Shown here: positions 19,089 to 38,452 of the stretch, piece by piece
Layout of the letters: each line of letters starts with the position of its first letter
Numbering within the stretch: position 1 is the first letter of the stretch
NCBI RefSeq assembly: GCF_009914755.1
Contig: NC_060948.1
DNA from: the human T2T-CHM13v2.0 reference genome, Homo sapiens
Reading direction: 5' to 3' (one strand)
DNA: 64,000 bases
Made by a program: the position numbers and the translations under genes
The notes under the pieces: generated by a model
What the model saw: only the letters and a program-made list of their open reading frames with translations
Database searches by the model: none
Told to the model about the DNA's origin: nothing

Positions 19089-21216
19089 AGATCCATATTT
19101 TTTAAAAGAAAAAAAATTTCAAAGGTACTCTGCTTGGTATAATAATCAAATGTATAAACTGAGGAATAAAACATAACCATGAAACCTACTTATAACTGTA
19201 TACGGAAAATACAGAGGATAATTTTTTAAATAACATATTTTGAAAGCCTTAACTAGTAATTTGAAGAGTTGGCATTTGAAAGGCCAGTATGAATATACCT
19301 TCAAAGCAGCAACACAGGTTCCCCATGAGAAAAAGCAAACTCAGGGAAAATAAAACCACAAAGGTTCAATCTCTTCTGACCTTTGAAAGACACAGCACAG
19401 ACAGTGGTCCTTAGGACGAAGAGCAGGAGACCCCTAATTCCGTCACCATGGCGATAGGGCATAAACATTGCTGGGTGAGGGCACAATCCACATTGTGAGG
19501 TCCAACTGCTGCCAGGAAGACAGGAGTGCTTTTACATAGACCGAAAGGTCATTGAAGGCTCAGAGTTTTGTTTCAAGAACTGAATCCCAAGCCCACACGT
19601 TATTAGGCTGCGCTTCTTAAAACAAGTTATGAGATGGGAAAAAGGGCACCCACAAACATACGTATACATTATGTATATAATAATATACAGTATCATATAT
19701 ATAATATATATAACCTATGTATAATATTGTTTTACATCCTGCATCTTATAATATATATATTGTATAAAATATAATAATTGATAATATATAAGTTTTATAT
19801 TTATACAATATGACATATAGTATATATTATAATTTATGGCATATATAATATATGTTATATATCATATATAGAATATATTATACGGTTAATATACGTATTA
19901 AATATAAATTATACTTTATATATATTATATATAATATATCTGTTATATAAAATACCCATTATGCATAATATATATGTTATGTCTATGTTATATATAGTAT
20001 AAAACAACATATAATAATATATAATTGTATATATAAAATGCGACATATAATATATATTATATTTTGTGACATATGTAATATATATTATATATTATATATA
20101 ATACGTTGTATGTATAATACCTATATTAAATATATATTATATGACTATGTTATTAATTACATGTCACATATGTTATATATTATATATTTTACATAGAATA
20201 TACCGGTTACATACAATATATACTATGTTACCTATAATGTATAATTGATTACATGTAAAATAAAGAATGCAATATATTATGTATAATTTATAATATACAA
20301 TATGTGGAATGTGATATATATAACATATAATGTATGATATAAGATATACAGTATATGATATATAACATACAATATATGATACCTAATATATATGGTATAC
20401 AATTTATATTTTATGATATGTATTCTATATGTTTTATATTCTGTTATATATAACTATTTGAAATTATATATAACTGTATAATATTTTATGTAAATATGTA
20501 ATATAATATTTATAACCATATAATATATTATATATAACTATATATTATGTTATATATACTTTTATAACATAATTTACATAAAATATCATAATATAATATA
20601 TATTATATTATTTCATATTACATAATATATATTACATATCACCCAATATAATTAACATACATAATATTATAATATAGATTATATTATGTTATATTAAATA
20701 TCATATATATCATGTATCATATATTCTATAATATATATTATACATTATATAATATGTATGTTGTCTATTATGTGATTTATATAACTATATATATAATTAT
20801 ATTATTATACATATAACTAGATAAACATGTAATTCGACATATTTTCATTTATAATATATAGAATTATATAATCATATATAATTATTTATATTCTATAAAA
20901 AATTATATCATTATAAAAATTATAATATATAAAAATTATAACATGTACTACAAATATATATATTATATATCATATATGATATAGCACCTTTGTTTTATAT
21001 CATAATACATACAAATGTGTATTATGTTATCTATAATTGTAAAATTTCATATATAAGATGTATAATGTGTATTATATATTATATATGTTATGTAATATAT
21101 GTAGTATATATAAGATGACACAGGATAAATATTATATACTATGACATATAAAATATATGAGGTTATATGTTACGTATAAGGCATAGCACATAACACGTAA
21201 TATATATCATATATAA

Positions 21217-21508
<292 letters not shown>

Positions 21509-23636
21509 AGATCCATATTTTTTAAAAGAAAAAAAATTTCAAAGGTACTCTGCTTGGCACAATAATCAAATGTATAAACTGAGGAATAAAACATAACCAT
21601 GAAACCTACTTATAACTGTATACGGAAAATACAGAGGATAATTTTTTAAATAACATATTTTGAAAGCCTTAACTAGTAATTTGAAGAGTTGGCATTTGAA
21701 AGGCCAGTATGAATATACCTTCAAAGCAGCAACACAGGTTCCCCATGAGAAAAAGCAAACTCAGGGAAAATAAAACCACAAAGGTTCAATCTCTTCTGAC
21801 CTTTGAAAGACACAGCACAGACAGTGGTCCTTAGGACGAAGAGCAGGAGACCCCTAATTCCGTCACCATGGCGATAGGGCATAAACATTGCTGGGTGAGG
21901 GCACAATCCACATTGTGAGGTCCAACTGCTGCCAGGAAGACAGGAGTGCTTTTACATAGACCGAAAGGTCATTGAAGGCTCAGAGTTTTGTTTCAAGAAC
22001 TGAATCCCAAGCCCACACGTTATTAGGCTGCGCTTCTTAAAACAAGTTATGAGATGGGAAAAAGGGCACCCACAAACATACGTATACATTATGTATATAA
22101 TAATATACAGTATCATATATGTAATATATATAACCTATGTATAATATTGTTTTACATCCTGCATCTTATAATATATATATTGTATAAAATATAATAATTG
22201 ATAATATATAAGTTTTATATTTATACAATATGACATATAGTATATATTATAATTTATGACATATATAATATATGTTATATATCATATATAGAATATATTA
22301 TACGGTTAATATACGTATTAAATATAAATTATACTTTATGTATATTATATATAATATATCTGTTATATAAAATACCCATTATGCATAATATATATGTTAT
22401 GTCTATGTTATATATAGTATAAAACAACATATAATAATATATAATTGTATATATAAAATGCGACATATAATATATATTATATTTTGTGACATATGTAAAA
22501 TATATTATATATTATATATAATACGTTGTATGTATAATACCTATATTAAATATATATTATATGACTATGTTATTAATTACATGTCACATATGTTATATAT
22601 TATATATTTTACATAGAATATACCGGTTACATACAATATATACTATGTTACCTATAATGTATAATTGATTACATGTAAAATAAAGAATGCAATATATTAT
22701 GTATAATTTATAATATACAATATGTGGAATGTGATATATATAACATATAATGTATGATATAAGATATACAGTATATGATATATAACATACAATATATGAT
22801 ACCTAATATATATGGTATACAATATATATTTTATGATATGTATTCTATATGTTTTATATTCTGTTATATATAACTATTTGAAATTATATATAACTGTATA
22901 ATATTTTATGTAAATATGTAATATAATATTTATAACCATATAATATATTATATATAACTATATATTATGTTATATATACTTTTATAACATAATTTACATA
23001 AAATATCATAATATAATATATATTATATTATTTCATATTACATAATATATATTACATATCACCCAATATAATTAACATACATAATATTATAATATAGATT
23101 ATATTATGTTATATTAAATATCATATATATCATGTATCATATATTCTATAATATATATTATACATTATATAATATGTATGTTGTCTATTATGTGATATAT
23201 ATAACTATATATATAATTATATTATTATACATATAACTAGATAAACATGTAATTCGACATATTTTCATTTATAATATATAGAATTATATAATCATATATA
23301 ATTATTTATATTCTATAAAAAATTATATCATTATATAAATTATAATATATAAAAATTATAACATGTACTACAAATATATATATTATATATCATATATGAT
23401 ATAGCACCTTTGTTATATATCATAATACATACAAATGTGTATTATGTTATCTATAATTGTAAAATTTCATATATAAGATGTATAATGTGTATTATATATT
23501 ATATATGTTATGTAATATATGTAGTATATATAAGATGACACAGGATAAATATTATATACTATGACATATAAAATATATGAGGTTATATGTTACGTATAAG
23601 GCATAGCACATAACACGTAATATATATCATATATAA

Positions 23637-23928
<292 letters not shown>

Positions 23929-26056
23929 AGATCCATATTTTTTAAAAGAAAAAAAATTTCAAAGGTACTCTGCTTGGCACAATAATCAAATGTATAAACT
24001 GAGGAATAAAACATAACCATGAAACCTACTTATAACTGTATACGGAAAATACAGAGGATAATTTTTTAAATAACATATTTTGAAAGCCTTAACTAGTAAT
24101 TTGAAGAGTTGGCATTTGAAAGGCCAGTATGAATATACCTTCAAAGCAGCAACACAGGTTCCCCATGAGAAAAAGCAAACTCAGGGAAAATAAAACCACA
24201 AAGGTTCAATCTCTTCTGACCTTTGAAAGACACAGCACAGACAGTGGTCCTTAGGACGAAGAGCAGGAGACCCCTAATTCCGTCACCATGGCGATAGGGC
24301 ATAAACATTGCTGGGTGAGGGCACAATCCACATTGTGAGGTCCAACTGCTGCCAGGAAGACAGGAGTGCTTTTACATAGACCGAAAGGTCATTGAAGGCT
24401 CAGAGTTTTGTTTCAAGAACTGAATCCCAAGCCCACACGTTATTAGGCTGCGCTTCTTAAAACAAGTTATGAGATGGGAAAAAGGGCACCCACAAACATA
24501 CGTATACATTATGTATATAATAATATACAGTATCATATATGTAATATATATAACCTATGTATAATATTGTTTTACATCCTGCATCTTATAATATATATAT
24601 TGTATAAAATATAATAATTGATAATATATAAGTTTTATATTTATACAATATGACATATAGTATATATTATAATTTATGACATATATAATATATGTTATAT
24701 ATCATATATAGAATATATTATACGGTTAATATACGTATTAAATATAAATTATACTTTATTTATATTATATATAATATATCTGTTATATAAAATACCCATT
24801 ATGCATAATATATATGTTATGTCTATGTTATATATAGTATAAAACAACATATAATAATATATAATTGTATATATAAAATGCGACATATAATATATATTAT
24901 ATTTTGTGACATATGTAAAATATATTATATATTATATATAATACGTTGTATGTATAATACCTATATTAAATATATATTATATGACTATGTTATTAATTAC
25001 ATGTCACATATGTTATATATTATATATTTTACATAGAATATACCGGTTACATACAATATATACTATGTTACCTATAATGTATAATTGATTACATGTAAAA
25101 TAAAGAATGCAATATATTATGTATAATTTATAATATACAATATGTGGAATGTGATATATATAACATATAATGTATGATATAAGATATACAGTATATGATA
25201 TATAACATACAATATATGATACCTAATATATATGGTATACAATATATATTTTATGATATGTATTCTATATGTTTTATATTCTGTTATATATAACTATTTG
25301 AAATTATATATAACTGTATAATATTTTATGTAAATATGTAATATAATATTTATAACCATATAATATATTATATATAACTATATATTATGTTATATATACT
25401 TTTATAACATAATTTACATAAAATATCATAATATAATATATATTATATTATTTCATATTACATAATATATATTACATATCACCCAATATAATTAACATAC
25501 ATAATATTATAATATAGATTATATTATGTTATATTAAATATCATATATATCATGTATCATATATTCTATAATATATATTATACATTATATAATATGTATG
25601 TTGTCTATTATGTGATATATATAACTATATATATAATTATATTATTATACATATAACTAGATAAACATGTAATTCGACATATTTTCATTTATAATATATA
25701 GAATTATATAATCATATATAATTATTTATATTCTATAAAAAATTATATCATTATATAAATTATAATATATAAAAATTATAACATGTACTACAAATATATA
25801 TATTATATATCATATATGATATAGCACCTTTGTTATATATCATAATACATACAAATGTGTATTATGTTATCTATAATTGTAAAATTTCATATATAAGATG
25901 TATAATGTGTATTATATATTATATATGTTATGTAATATATGTAGTATATATAAGATGACACAGGATAAATATTATATACTATGACATATAAAATATATGA
26001 GGTTATATATTACGTATAAGGCATAGCACATAACACGTAATATATATCATATATAA

Positions 26057-26348
<292 letters not shown>

Positions 26349-28476
26349 AGATCCATATTTTTTAAAAGAAAAAAAATTTCAAAGGTACTCTGCTTGGTAC
26401 AATAATCAAATGTATAAACTGAGGAATAAAACATAACCATGAAACCTACTTATAACTGTATACGGAAAATACAGAGGATAATTTTTTAAATAACATATTT
26501 TGAAAGCCTTAACTAGTAATTTGAAGAGTTGGCATTTGAAAGGCCAGTATGAATATACCTTCAAAGCAGCAACACAGGTTCCCCATGAGAAAAAGCAAAC
26601 TCAGGGAAAATAAAACCACAAAGGTTCCATCTCTTCTGACCTTTGAAAGACACAGCACAGACAGTGGTCCTTAGGACGAAGAGCAGGAGACCCCTAATTC
26701 CGTCACCATGGCGATAGGGCATAAACATTGCTGGGTGAGGGCACAATCCACATTGTGAGGTCCAACTGCTGCCAGGAAGACAGGAGTGCTTTTACATAGA
26801 CCGAAAGGTCATTGAAGGCTCAGAGTTTTGTTTCAAGAACTGAATCCCAAGCCCACACGTTATTAGGCTGCGCTTCTTAAAACAAGTTATGAGATGGGAA
26901 AAAGGGCACCCACAAACATACGTATACATTATGTATATAATAATATACAGTATCATATATATAATATATATAACCTATGTATAATATTGTTTTACATCCT
27001 GCATCTTATAATATATATATTGTATAAAATATAATAATTGATAATATATAAGTTTTATATTTATACAATATGACATATAGTATATATTATAATTTATGAC
27101 ATATATAATATATGTTATATATCATATATAGAATATATTATACGGTTAATATACGTATTAAATATAAATTATACTTTATATATATTATATATAATATATC
27201 TGTTATATAAAATACCCATTATGCATAATATATATGTTATGTCTATGTTATATATAGTATAAAACAACATATAATAATATATAATTGTATATATAAAATG
27301 CGACATATAATATATATTATATTTTGTGACATATGTAATATATATTATATATTATATATAATACGTTGTATGTATAATACCTATATTAAATATATATTAT
27401 ATGACTATGTTATTAAATACATGTCACATATGTTATATATTATATATTTTACATAGAATATACCGGTTACATACAATATATACTATGTTACCTATAATGT
27501 ATAATTTATTACATGTAAAATAAAGAATGCAATATATTATGTATAATTTATAATATACAATATGTGGAATGTGATATATATAACACATAATATATGATAT
27601 AAGATATACAGTATATGATATATAACATACAATATATGATACCTAATATATATGGTATACAATATATATTTTATGATATGTATTCTATATGTTTTATATT
27701 CTGTTATATATAACTATTTGAAATTATATATAACTGTATAATATTTTATGTAAATATGTAATATAATATATATAACCATATAATATATTATATATAACTA
27801 TATATTATGTTATATATACTTTTATAACATAATTTACATAAAATATCATAATATAATATATATTATATTATTTCATATTACATAATATATATTACATATC
27901 ACCCAATATAATTAACATACATAATATTATAATATAGATTATATTATGTTATATTAAATATCATATATATCATGTATCATATATTCTATAATATATATTA
28001 TACATTATATAATATGTATGTTGTCTATTATGTGATATATATAACTATATATATAATTATATTATTATACATATAACTAGATAAACATGTAATTCGACAT
28101 ATTTTCATTTATAATATATAGAATTATATAATCATATATAATTATTTATATTCTATAAAAAATTATATCATTATAAAAATTATAATATATAAAAATTATA
28201 ACATGTACTACAAATATATATATTATATATCATATATGATATAGCACCTTTGTTATATATCATAATACATACAAATGTGTATTATGTTATCTATAATTGT
28301 AAAATTTCATATATAAGATGTATAATGTGTATTATATATTATATATGTTATGTAATATATGTAGTATATATAAGATGACACAGGATAAATATTATATACT
28401 ATGACATATAAAATATATGAGGTTATATGTTACGTATAAGGCATAGCACATAACACGTAATATATATCATATATAA

Positions 28477-28768
<292 letters not shown>

Positions 28769-30898
28769 AGATCCATATTTTTTAAAAGAAAAAAAATTTC
28801 AAAGGTACTCTGCTTGGTACAATAATCAAATGTATAAACTGAGGAATAAAACATAACCATGAAACCTACTTATAACTGTATACGGAAAATACAGAGGATA
28901 ATTTTTTAAATAACATATTTTGAAAGCCTTAACAAGTAATTTGAAGAGTTGGCATTTGAAAGGCCAGTTTGAATATACCTTCAAAGCATCAACACAGGTT
29001 CCCCATGAGAAAAAGCAAACTCAGGGAAAATAAAACCACAAAGGTTCAATCTCTTCTGACCTTTGAAAGACACAGCACAGACAGTGGTCCTTAGGACGAA
29101 GAGCAGGAGACCCCTAATTCCGTCACCATGGCGATAGGGCATAAACATTGCTGGGTGAGGGCACAATCCACATTGTGAGGTCCAACTGCTGCCAGGAAGA
29201 CAGGAGTGCTTTTACATAGACCGAAAGGTCATTGAAGGCTCAGAGTTTTGTTTCAAGAACTGAATCCCAAGCCCACACGTTATTAGGCTGTGCTTCTTAA
29301 AACAAGTTATGAGATGGGAAAAAGGGCACCCACAAACATTCGTATACATTATTTATATAATAATATACAGTATCATATATATAATATATATAACCTATGT
29401 ATAATATTGTTTTACATCCTGCATCTTATAATATATATATTGTATAAAATATAATAATTGATAATATATAAGTTTTATATTTATACAATATGACATATAG
29501 TATATATTATAATTTATGACATATATAATATATGTTATATATCATATATAGAATATATTATACGGTTAATATACGTATTAAATATAAATTATACATTGTA
29601 TATATTATATATTATATATCTGTTATATATAATACCCATTATGCATAATATATATGTTATGTCTATGTTATATATAGTATAAAACAACATATAATAATAT
29701 ATAATTGTATATGTAAAATGCGACATATAATATATATTATATTTTGTGACATATGTAATATATATTATATAGTATATATAATACTTTGTATGTATAATAC
29801 CTATATTAAATATATATTATATGACTATGTTATTAATTACATGTCACATATGTTATATATTATATATTTTACATAGAATATACCGGTTACATACAATATA
29901 TACTATGTTACCTATAATGTATAATTGATTACATGTAAAATAAAGAATGCAATATATTGTGTACAATTTATAATATACAATATGTGGAATGTGATATATA
30001 TAACATATAATGTATGATATAAGATATACAGTATATGATATATAACATACAATATATGATACCTAATATATATGGTATACAATTTATATTTTATGATATG
30101 TATTCTATATGTTTTATATTCTGTTATATATAACTATTTGAAATTATATATAACTGTATAATATTTTATGTAAATATGTAATATAATATATATAACCATA
30201 TAATATATTATATATAACTATATATTATGTTATATATACTTTTATAACATAATTTACATAAAATATCATAATATAATATATATTATATTATTTCATATTA
30301 CATAATATATATTACATATCACCCAATATAATTAACATACATAATATTATAATATAGATTATATTATGTTATATTAAATATCATATATATCATGTATCAT
30401 ATATTCTATAATATATATTATACATTATATAATATGTATGTTGTCTATTATGTGATATATATAACTATATATATATAATTATATTATTATACATATAACT
30501 AGATAAACATGTAATTCGACATATTTTCATTTATAATATATAGAATTATATAATCATATATAATTATTTATATTCTATAAAAAATTATATCATTATATAA
30601 ATTATAATATATAAAAATTATAACATGTACTACAAATATATATATTTTATATCATATATGATATAGCACCTTTGTTATATATCATAATACATACAAATGT
30701 GTATTATGTTATCTATAATTTTAAAATTTCATATATAAGGTGTATAATATGTATTATATATTATATATGTTATGTAATATATATAGTATATATAAGATGA
30801 CACAGGATAAATATTATATACTATGACATATAAAATATATGAGGTTATATGTTACGTATAAGGCATAGCACATAACACGTAATATATATCATATATAA

Positions 30899-31190
<292 letters not shown>

Positions 31191-33318
31191 AGATCCATAT
31201 TTTTTAAAAGAAAAAAAATTTCAAAGGTACTCTGCTTGGTACAATAATCAAATGTATAAACTGAGGAATAAAACATAACCATGAAACCTACTTATAACTG
31301 TATACGGAAAATACAGAGGATAATTTTTTAAATAACATATTTTGAAAGCCTTAACTAGTAATTTGAAGAGTTGGCATTTGAAAGGCCAGTTTGAATATAC
31401 CTTCAAAGCATCAACACAGGTTCCCCATGAGAAAAAGCAAACTCAGGGAAAATAAAACCACAAAGGTTCAATCTCTTCTGACCTTTGAAAGACACAGCAC
31501 AGACAGTGGTCCTTAGGACGAAGAGCAGGAGACCCCTAATTCCGTCACCATGGCGATAGGGCATAAACATTGCTGGGTGAGGGCACAATCCACATTGTGA
31601 GGTCCAACTGCTGCCAGGAAGACAGGAGTGCTTTTACATAGACCGAAAGGTCATTGAAGGCTCAGAGTTTTGTTTCAAGAACTGAATCCCAAGCCCACAC
31701 GTTATTAGGCTGCGCTTCTTAAAACAAGTTATGAGATGGGAAAAAGGGCACCCACAAACATTCGTATACATTATTTATATAATAATATACAGTATCATAT
31801 ATATAATATATATAACCTATGTATAATATTGTTTTACATCCTGCATCTTATAATATATATATTGTATAAAATATAATAATTGATAATATATAAGTTTTAT
31901 ATTTATACAATATGACATATAGTATATATTATAATTTATGACATATATAATATATGTTATATATCATATATAGAATATATTATACGGTTAATATACGTAT
32001 TAAATATAAATTATACATTGTATATATTATATATTATATATCTGTTATATATAATACCCATTATGCATAATATATATGTTATGTCTATGTTATATATAGT
32101 ATAAAACAACATATAATAATATATAATTGTATATATAAAATGCGACATATAATATATATTATATTTTGTGACATATGTAATATATATTATATAGTATATA
32201 TAATACGTTGTATGTATAATACCTATATTAAATATATATTATATGACTATGTTATTAATTACATGTCACATATGTTATATATTATATATTTTACATAGAA
32301 TATACCGGTTACATACAATATATACTATGTTACCTATAATGTATAATTGATTACATGTAAAATAAAGAATGCAATATATTATGTATAATTTATAATATAC
32401 AATATGTGGAATGTGATATATATAACATATAATGTATGATATAAGATATACAGTATATGATATATAACATACAATATATGATACCTAATATATATGGTAT
32501 ACAATTTATATTTTATGATATGTATTCTATATGTTTTATATTCTGTTATATATAACTATTTGAAATTATATATAACTGTATAATATTTTATGTAAATATG
32601 TAATATAATATTTATAACCATATAATATATTATATATAACTATATATTATGTTATATATACTTTTATAACATAATTTACATAAAATATCATAATATAATA
32701 TATATTATATTATTTCATATTACATAATATATATTACATATCACCCAATATAATTAACATACATAATATTATAATATAGATTATATTATGTTATATTAAA
32801 TATCATATATATCATGTATCATATATTCTATAATATATATTATACATTATATAATATGTATGTTGTCTATTATGTGATTTATATAACTATATATATAATT
32901 ATATTATTATACATATAACTAGATAAACATGTAATTCGACATATTTTCATTTATAATATATAGAATTATATAATCATATATAATTATTTATATTCTATAA
33001 AAAATTATATCATTATAAAAATTATAATATATAAAAATTAAAACATGTACTACAAATATATATATTATATATCATATATGATATAGCACCTTTGTTTTAT
33101 ATCATAATACATACAAATGTGTATTATGTTATCTATAATTGTAAAATTTCATATATAAGATGTATAATGTGTATTATATATTATATATGTTATGTAATAT
33201 ATGTAGTATATATAAGATGACACAGGATAAATATTATATACTATGACATATAAAATATATGAGGTTATATGTTACGTATAAGGCATAGCACATAACACGT
33301 AATATATATCATATATAA

Positions 33319-33610
<292 letters not shown>

Positions 33611-35740
33611 AGATCCATATTTTTTAAAAGAAAAAAAATTTCAAAGGTACTCTGCTTGGCACAATAATCAAATGTATAAACTGAGGAATAAAACATAACC
33701 ATGAAACCTACTTATAACTGTATACGGAAAATACAGAGGATAATTTTTTAAATAACATATTTTGAAAGCCTTAACTAGTAATTTGAAGAGTTGGCATTTG
33801 AAAGGCCAGTATGAATATACCTTCAAAGCAGCAACACAGGTTCCCCATGAGAAAAAGCAAACTCAGGGAAAATAAAACCACAAAGGTTCAATCTCTTCTG
33901 ACCTTTGAAAGACACAGCACAGACAGTGGTCCTTAGGACGAAGAGCAGGAGACCCCTAATTCCGTCACCATGGCGATAGGGCATAAACATTGCTGGGTGA
34001 GGGCACAATCCACATTGTGAGGTCCAACTGCTGCCAGGAAGACAGGAGTGCTTTTACATAGACCGAAAGGTCATTGAAGGCTCAGAGTTTTGTTTCAAGA
34101 ACTGAATCCCAAGCCCACACGTTATTAGGCTGCGCTTCTTAAAACAAGTTATGAGATGGGAAAAAGGGCACCCACAAACATACGTATACATTATGTATAT
34201 AATAATATACAGTATCATATATATAATATATATAACCTATGTATAATATTGTTTTACATCCTGCATCTTATAATATATATATTGTATAAAATATAATAAT
34301 TGATAATATATAAGTTTTATATTTATACAATATGACATATAGTATATATTATAATTTATGACATATATAATATATGTTATATATCATATATAGAATATAT
34401 TATACGGTTAATATACGTATTAAATATAAATTATACATTGTATATATTATATATTATATATCTGTTATATATAATACCCATTATGCATAATATATATGTT
34501 ATGTCTATGTTATATATAGTATAAAACAACATATAATAATATATAATTGTATATGTAAAATGCGACATATAATATATATTATATTTTGTGACATATGTAA
34601 TATATATTATATAGTATATATAATACTTTGTATGTATAATACCTATATTAAATATATATTATATGACTATGTTATTAATTACATGTCACATATGTTATAT
34701 ATTATATATTTTACATAGAATATACCGGTTACATACAATATATACTATGTTACCTATAATGTATAATTGATTACATGTAAAATAAAGAATGCAATATATT
34801 GTGTACAATTTATAATATACAATATGTGGAATGTGATATATATAACATATAATGTATGATATAAGATATACAGTATATGATATATAACATACAATATATG
34901 ATACCTAATATATATGGTATACAATTTATATTTTATGATATGTATTCTATATGTTTTATATTCTGTTATATATAACTATTTGAAATTATATATAACTGTA
35001 TAATATTTTATGTAAATATGTAATATAATATATATAACCATATAATATATTATATATAACTATATATTATGTTATATATACTTTTATAACATAATTTACA
35101 TAAAATATCATAATATAATATATATTATATTATTTCATATTACATAATATATATTACATATCACCCAATATAATTAACATACATAATATTATAATATAGA
35201 TTATATTATGTTATATTAAATATCATATATATCATGTATCATATATTCTATAATATATATTATACATTATATAATATGTATGTTGTCTATTATGTGATAT
35301 ATATAACTATATATATATAATTATATTATTATACATATAACTAGATAAACATGTAATTCGACATATTTTCATTTATAATATATAGAATTATATAATCATA
35401 TATAATTATTTATATTCTATAAAAAATTATATCATTATATAAATTATAATATATAAAAATTATAACATGTACTACAAATATATATATTTTATATCATATA
35501 TGATATAGCACCTTTGTTATATATCATAATACATACAAATGTGTATTATGTTATCTATAATTTTAAAATTTCATATATAAGGTGTATAATATGTATTATA
35601 TATTATATATGTTATGTAATATATATAGTATATATAAGATGACACAGGATAAATATTATATACTATGACATATAAAATATATGAGGTTATATGTTACGTA
35701 TAAGGCATAGCACATAACACGTAATATATATCATATATAA

Positions 35741-36032
<292 letters not shown>

Positions 36033-38160
36033 AGATCCATATTTTTTAAAAGAAAAAAAATTTCAAAGGTACTCTGCTTGGTACAATAATCAAATGTATA
36101 AACTGAGGAATAAAACATAACCATGAAACCTACTTATAACTGTATACGGAAAATACAGAGGATAATTTTTTAAATAACATATTTTGAAAGCCTTAACTAG
36201 TAATTTGAAGAGTTGGCATTTGAAAGGCCAGTTTGAATATACCTTCAAAGCATCAACACAGGTTCCCCATGAGAAAAAGCAAACTCAGGGAAAATAAAAC
36301 CACAAAGGTTCAATCTCTTCTGACCTTTGAAAGACACAGCACAGACAGTGGTCCTTAGGACGAAGAGCAGGAGACCCCTAATTCCGTCACCATGGCGATA
36401 GGGCATAAACATTGCTGGGTGAGGGCACAATCCACATTGTGAGGTCCAACTGCTGCCAGGAAGACAGGAGTGCTTTTACATAGACCGAAAGGTCATTGAA
36501 GGCTCAGAGTTTTGTTTCAAGAACTGAATCCCAAGCCCACACGTTATTAGGCTGCGCTTCTTAAAACAAGTTATGAGATGGGAAAAAGGGCACCCACAAA
36601 CATTCGTATACATTATTTATATAATAATATACAGTATCATATATATAATATATATAACCTATGTATAATATTGTTTTACATCCTGCATCTTATAATATAT
36701 ATATTGTATAAAATATAATAATTGATAATATATAAGTTTTATATTTATACAATATGACATATAGTATATATTATAATTTATGACATATATAATATATGTT
36801 ATATATCATATATAGAATATATTATACGGTTAATATACGTATTAAATATAAATTATACATTGTATATATTATATATTATATATCTGTTATATATAATACC
36901 CATTATGCATAATATATATGTTATGTCTATGTTATATATAGTATAAAACAACATATAATAATATATAATTGTATATATAAAATGCGACATATAATATATA
37001 TTATATTTTGTGACATATGTAATATATATTATATAGTATATATAATACGTTGTATGTATAATACCTATATTAAATATATATTATATGACTATGTTATTAA
37101 TTACATGTCACATATGTTATATATTATATATTTTACATAGAATATACCGGTTACATACAATATATACTATGTTACCTATAATGTATAATTGATTACATGT
37201 AAAATAAAGAATGCAATATATTATGTATAATTTATAATATACAATATGTGGAATGTGATATATATAACATATAATGTATGATATAAGATATACAGTATAT
37301 GATATATAACATACAATATATGATACCTAATATATATGGTATACAATTTATATTTTATGATATGTATTCTATATGTTTTATATTCTGTTATATATAACTA
37401 TTTGAAATTATATATAACTGTATAATATTTTATGTAAATATGTAATATAATATTTATAACCATATAATATATTATATATAACTATATATTATGTTATATA
37501 TACTTTTATAACATAATTTACATAAAATATCATAATATAATATATATTATATTATTTCATATTACATAATATATATTACATATCACCCAATATAATTAAC
37601 ATACATAATATTATAATATAGATTATATTATGTTATATTAAATATCATATATATCATGTATCATATATTCTATAATATATATTATACATTATATAATATG
37701 TATGTTGTCTATTATGTGATTTATATAACTATATATATAATTATATTATTATACATATAACTAGATAAACATGTAATTCGACATATTTTCATTTATAATA
37801 TATAGAATTATATAATCATATATAATTATTTATATTCTATAAAAAATTATATCATTATAAAAATTATAATATATAAAAATTAAAACATGTACTACAAATA
37901 TATATATTATATATCATATATGATATAGCACCTTTGTTTTATATCATAATACATACAAATGTGTATTATGTTATCTATAATTGTAAAATTTCATATATAA
38001 GATGTATAATGTGTATTATATATTATATATGTTATGTAATATATGTAGTATATATAAGATGACACAGGATAAATATTATATACTATGACATATAAAATAT
38101 ATGAGGTTATATGTTACGTATAAGGCATAGCACATAACACGTAATATATATCATATATAA

Positions 38161-38452
<292 letters not shown>
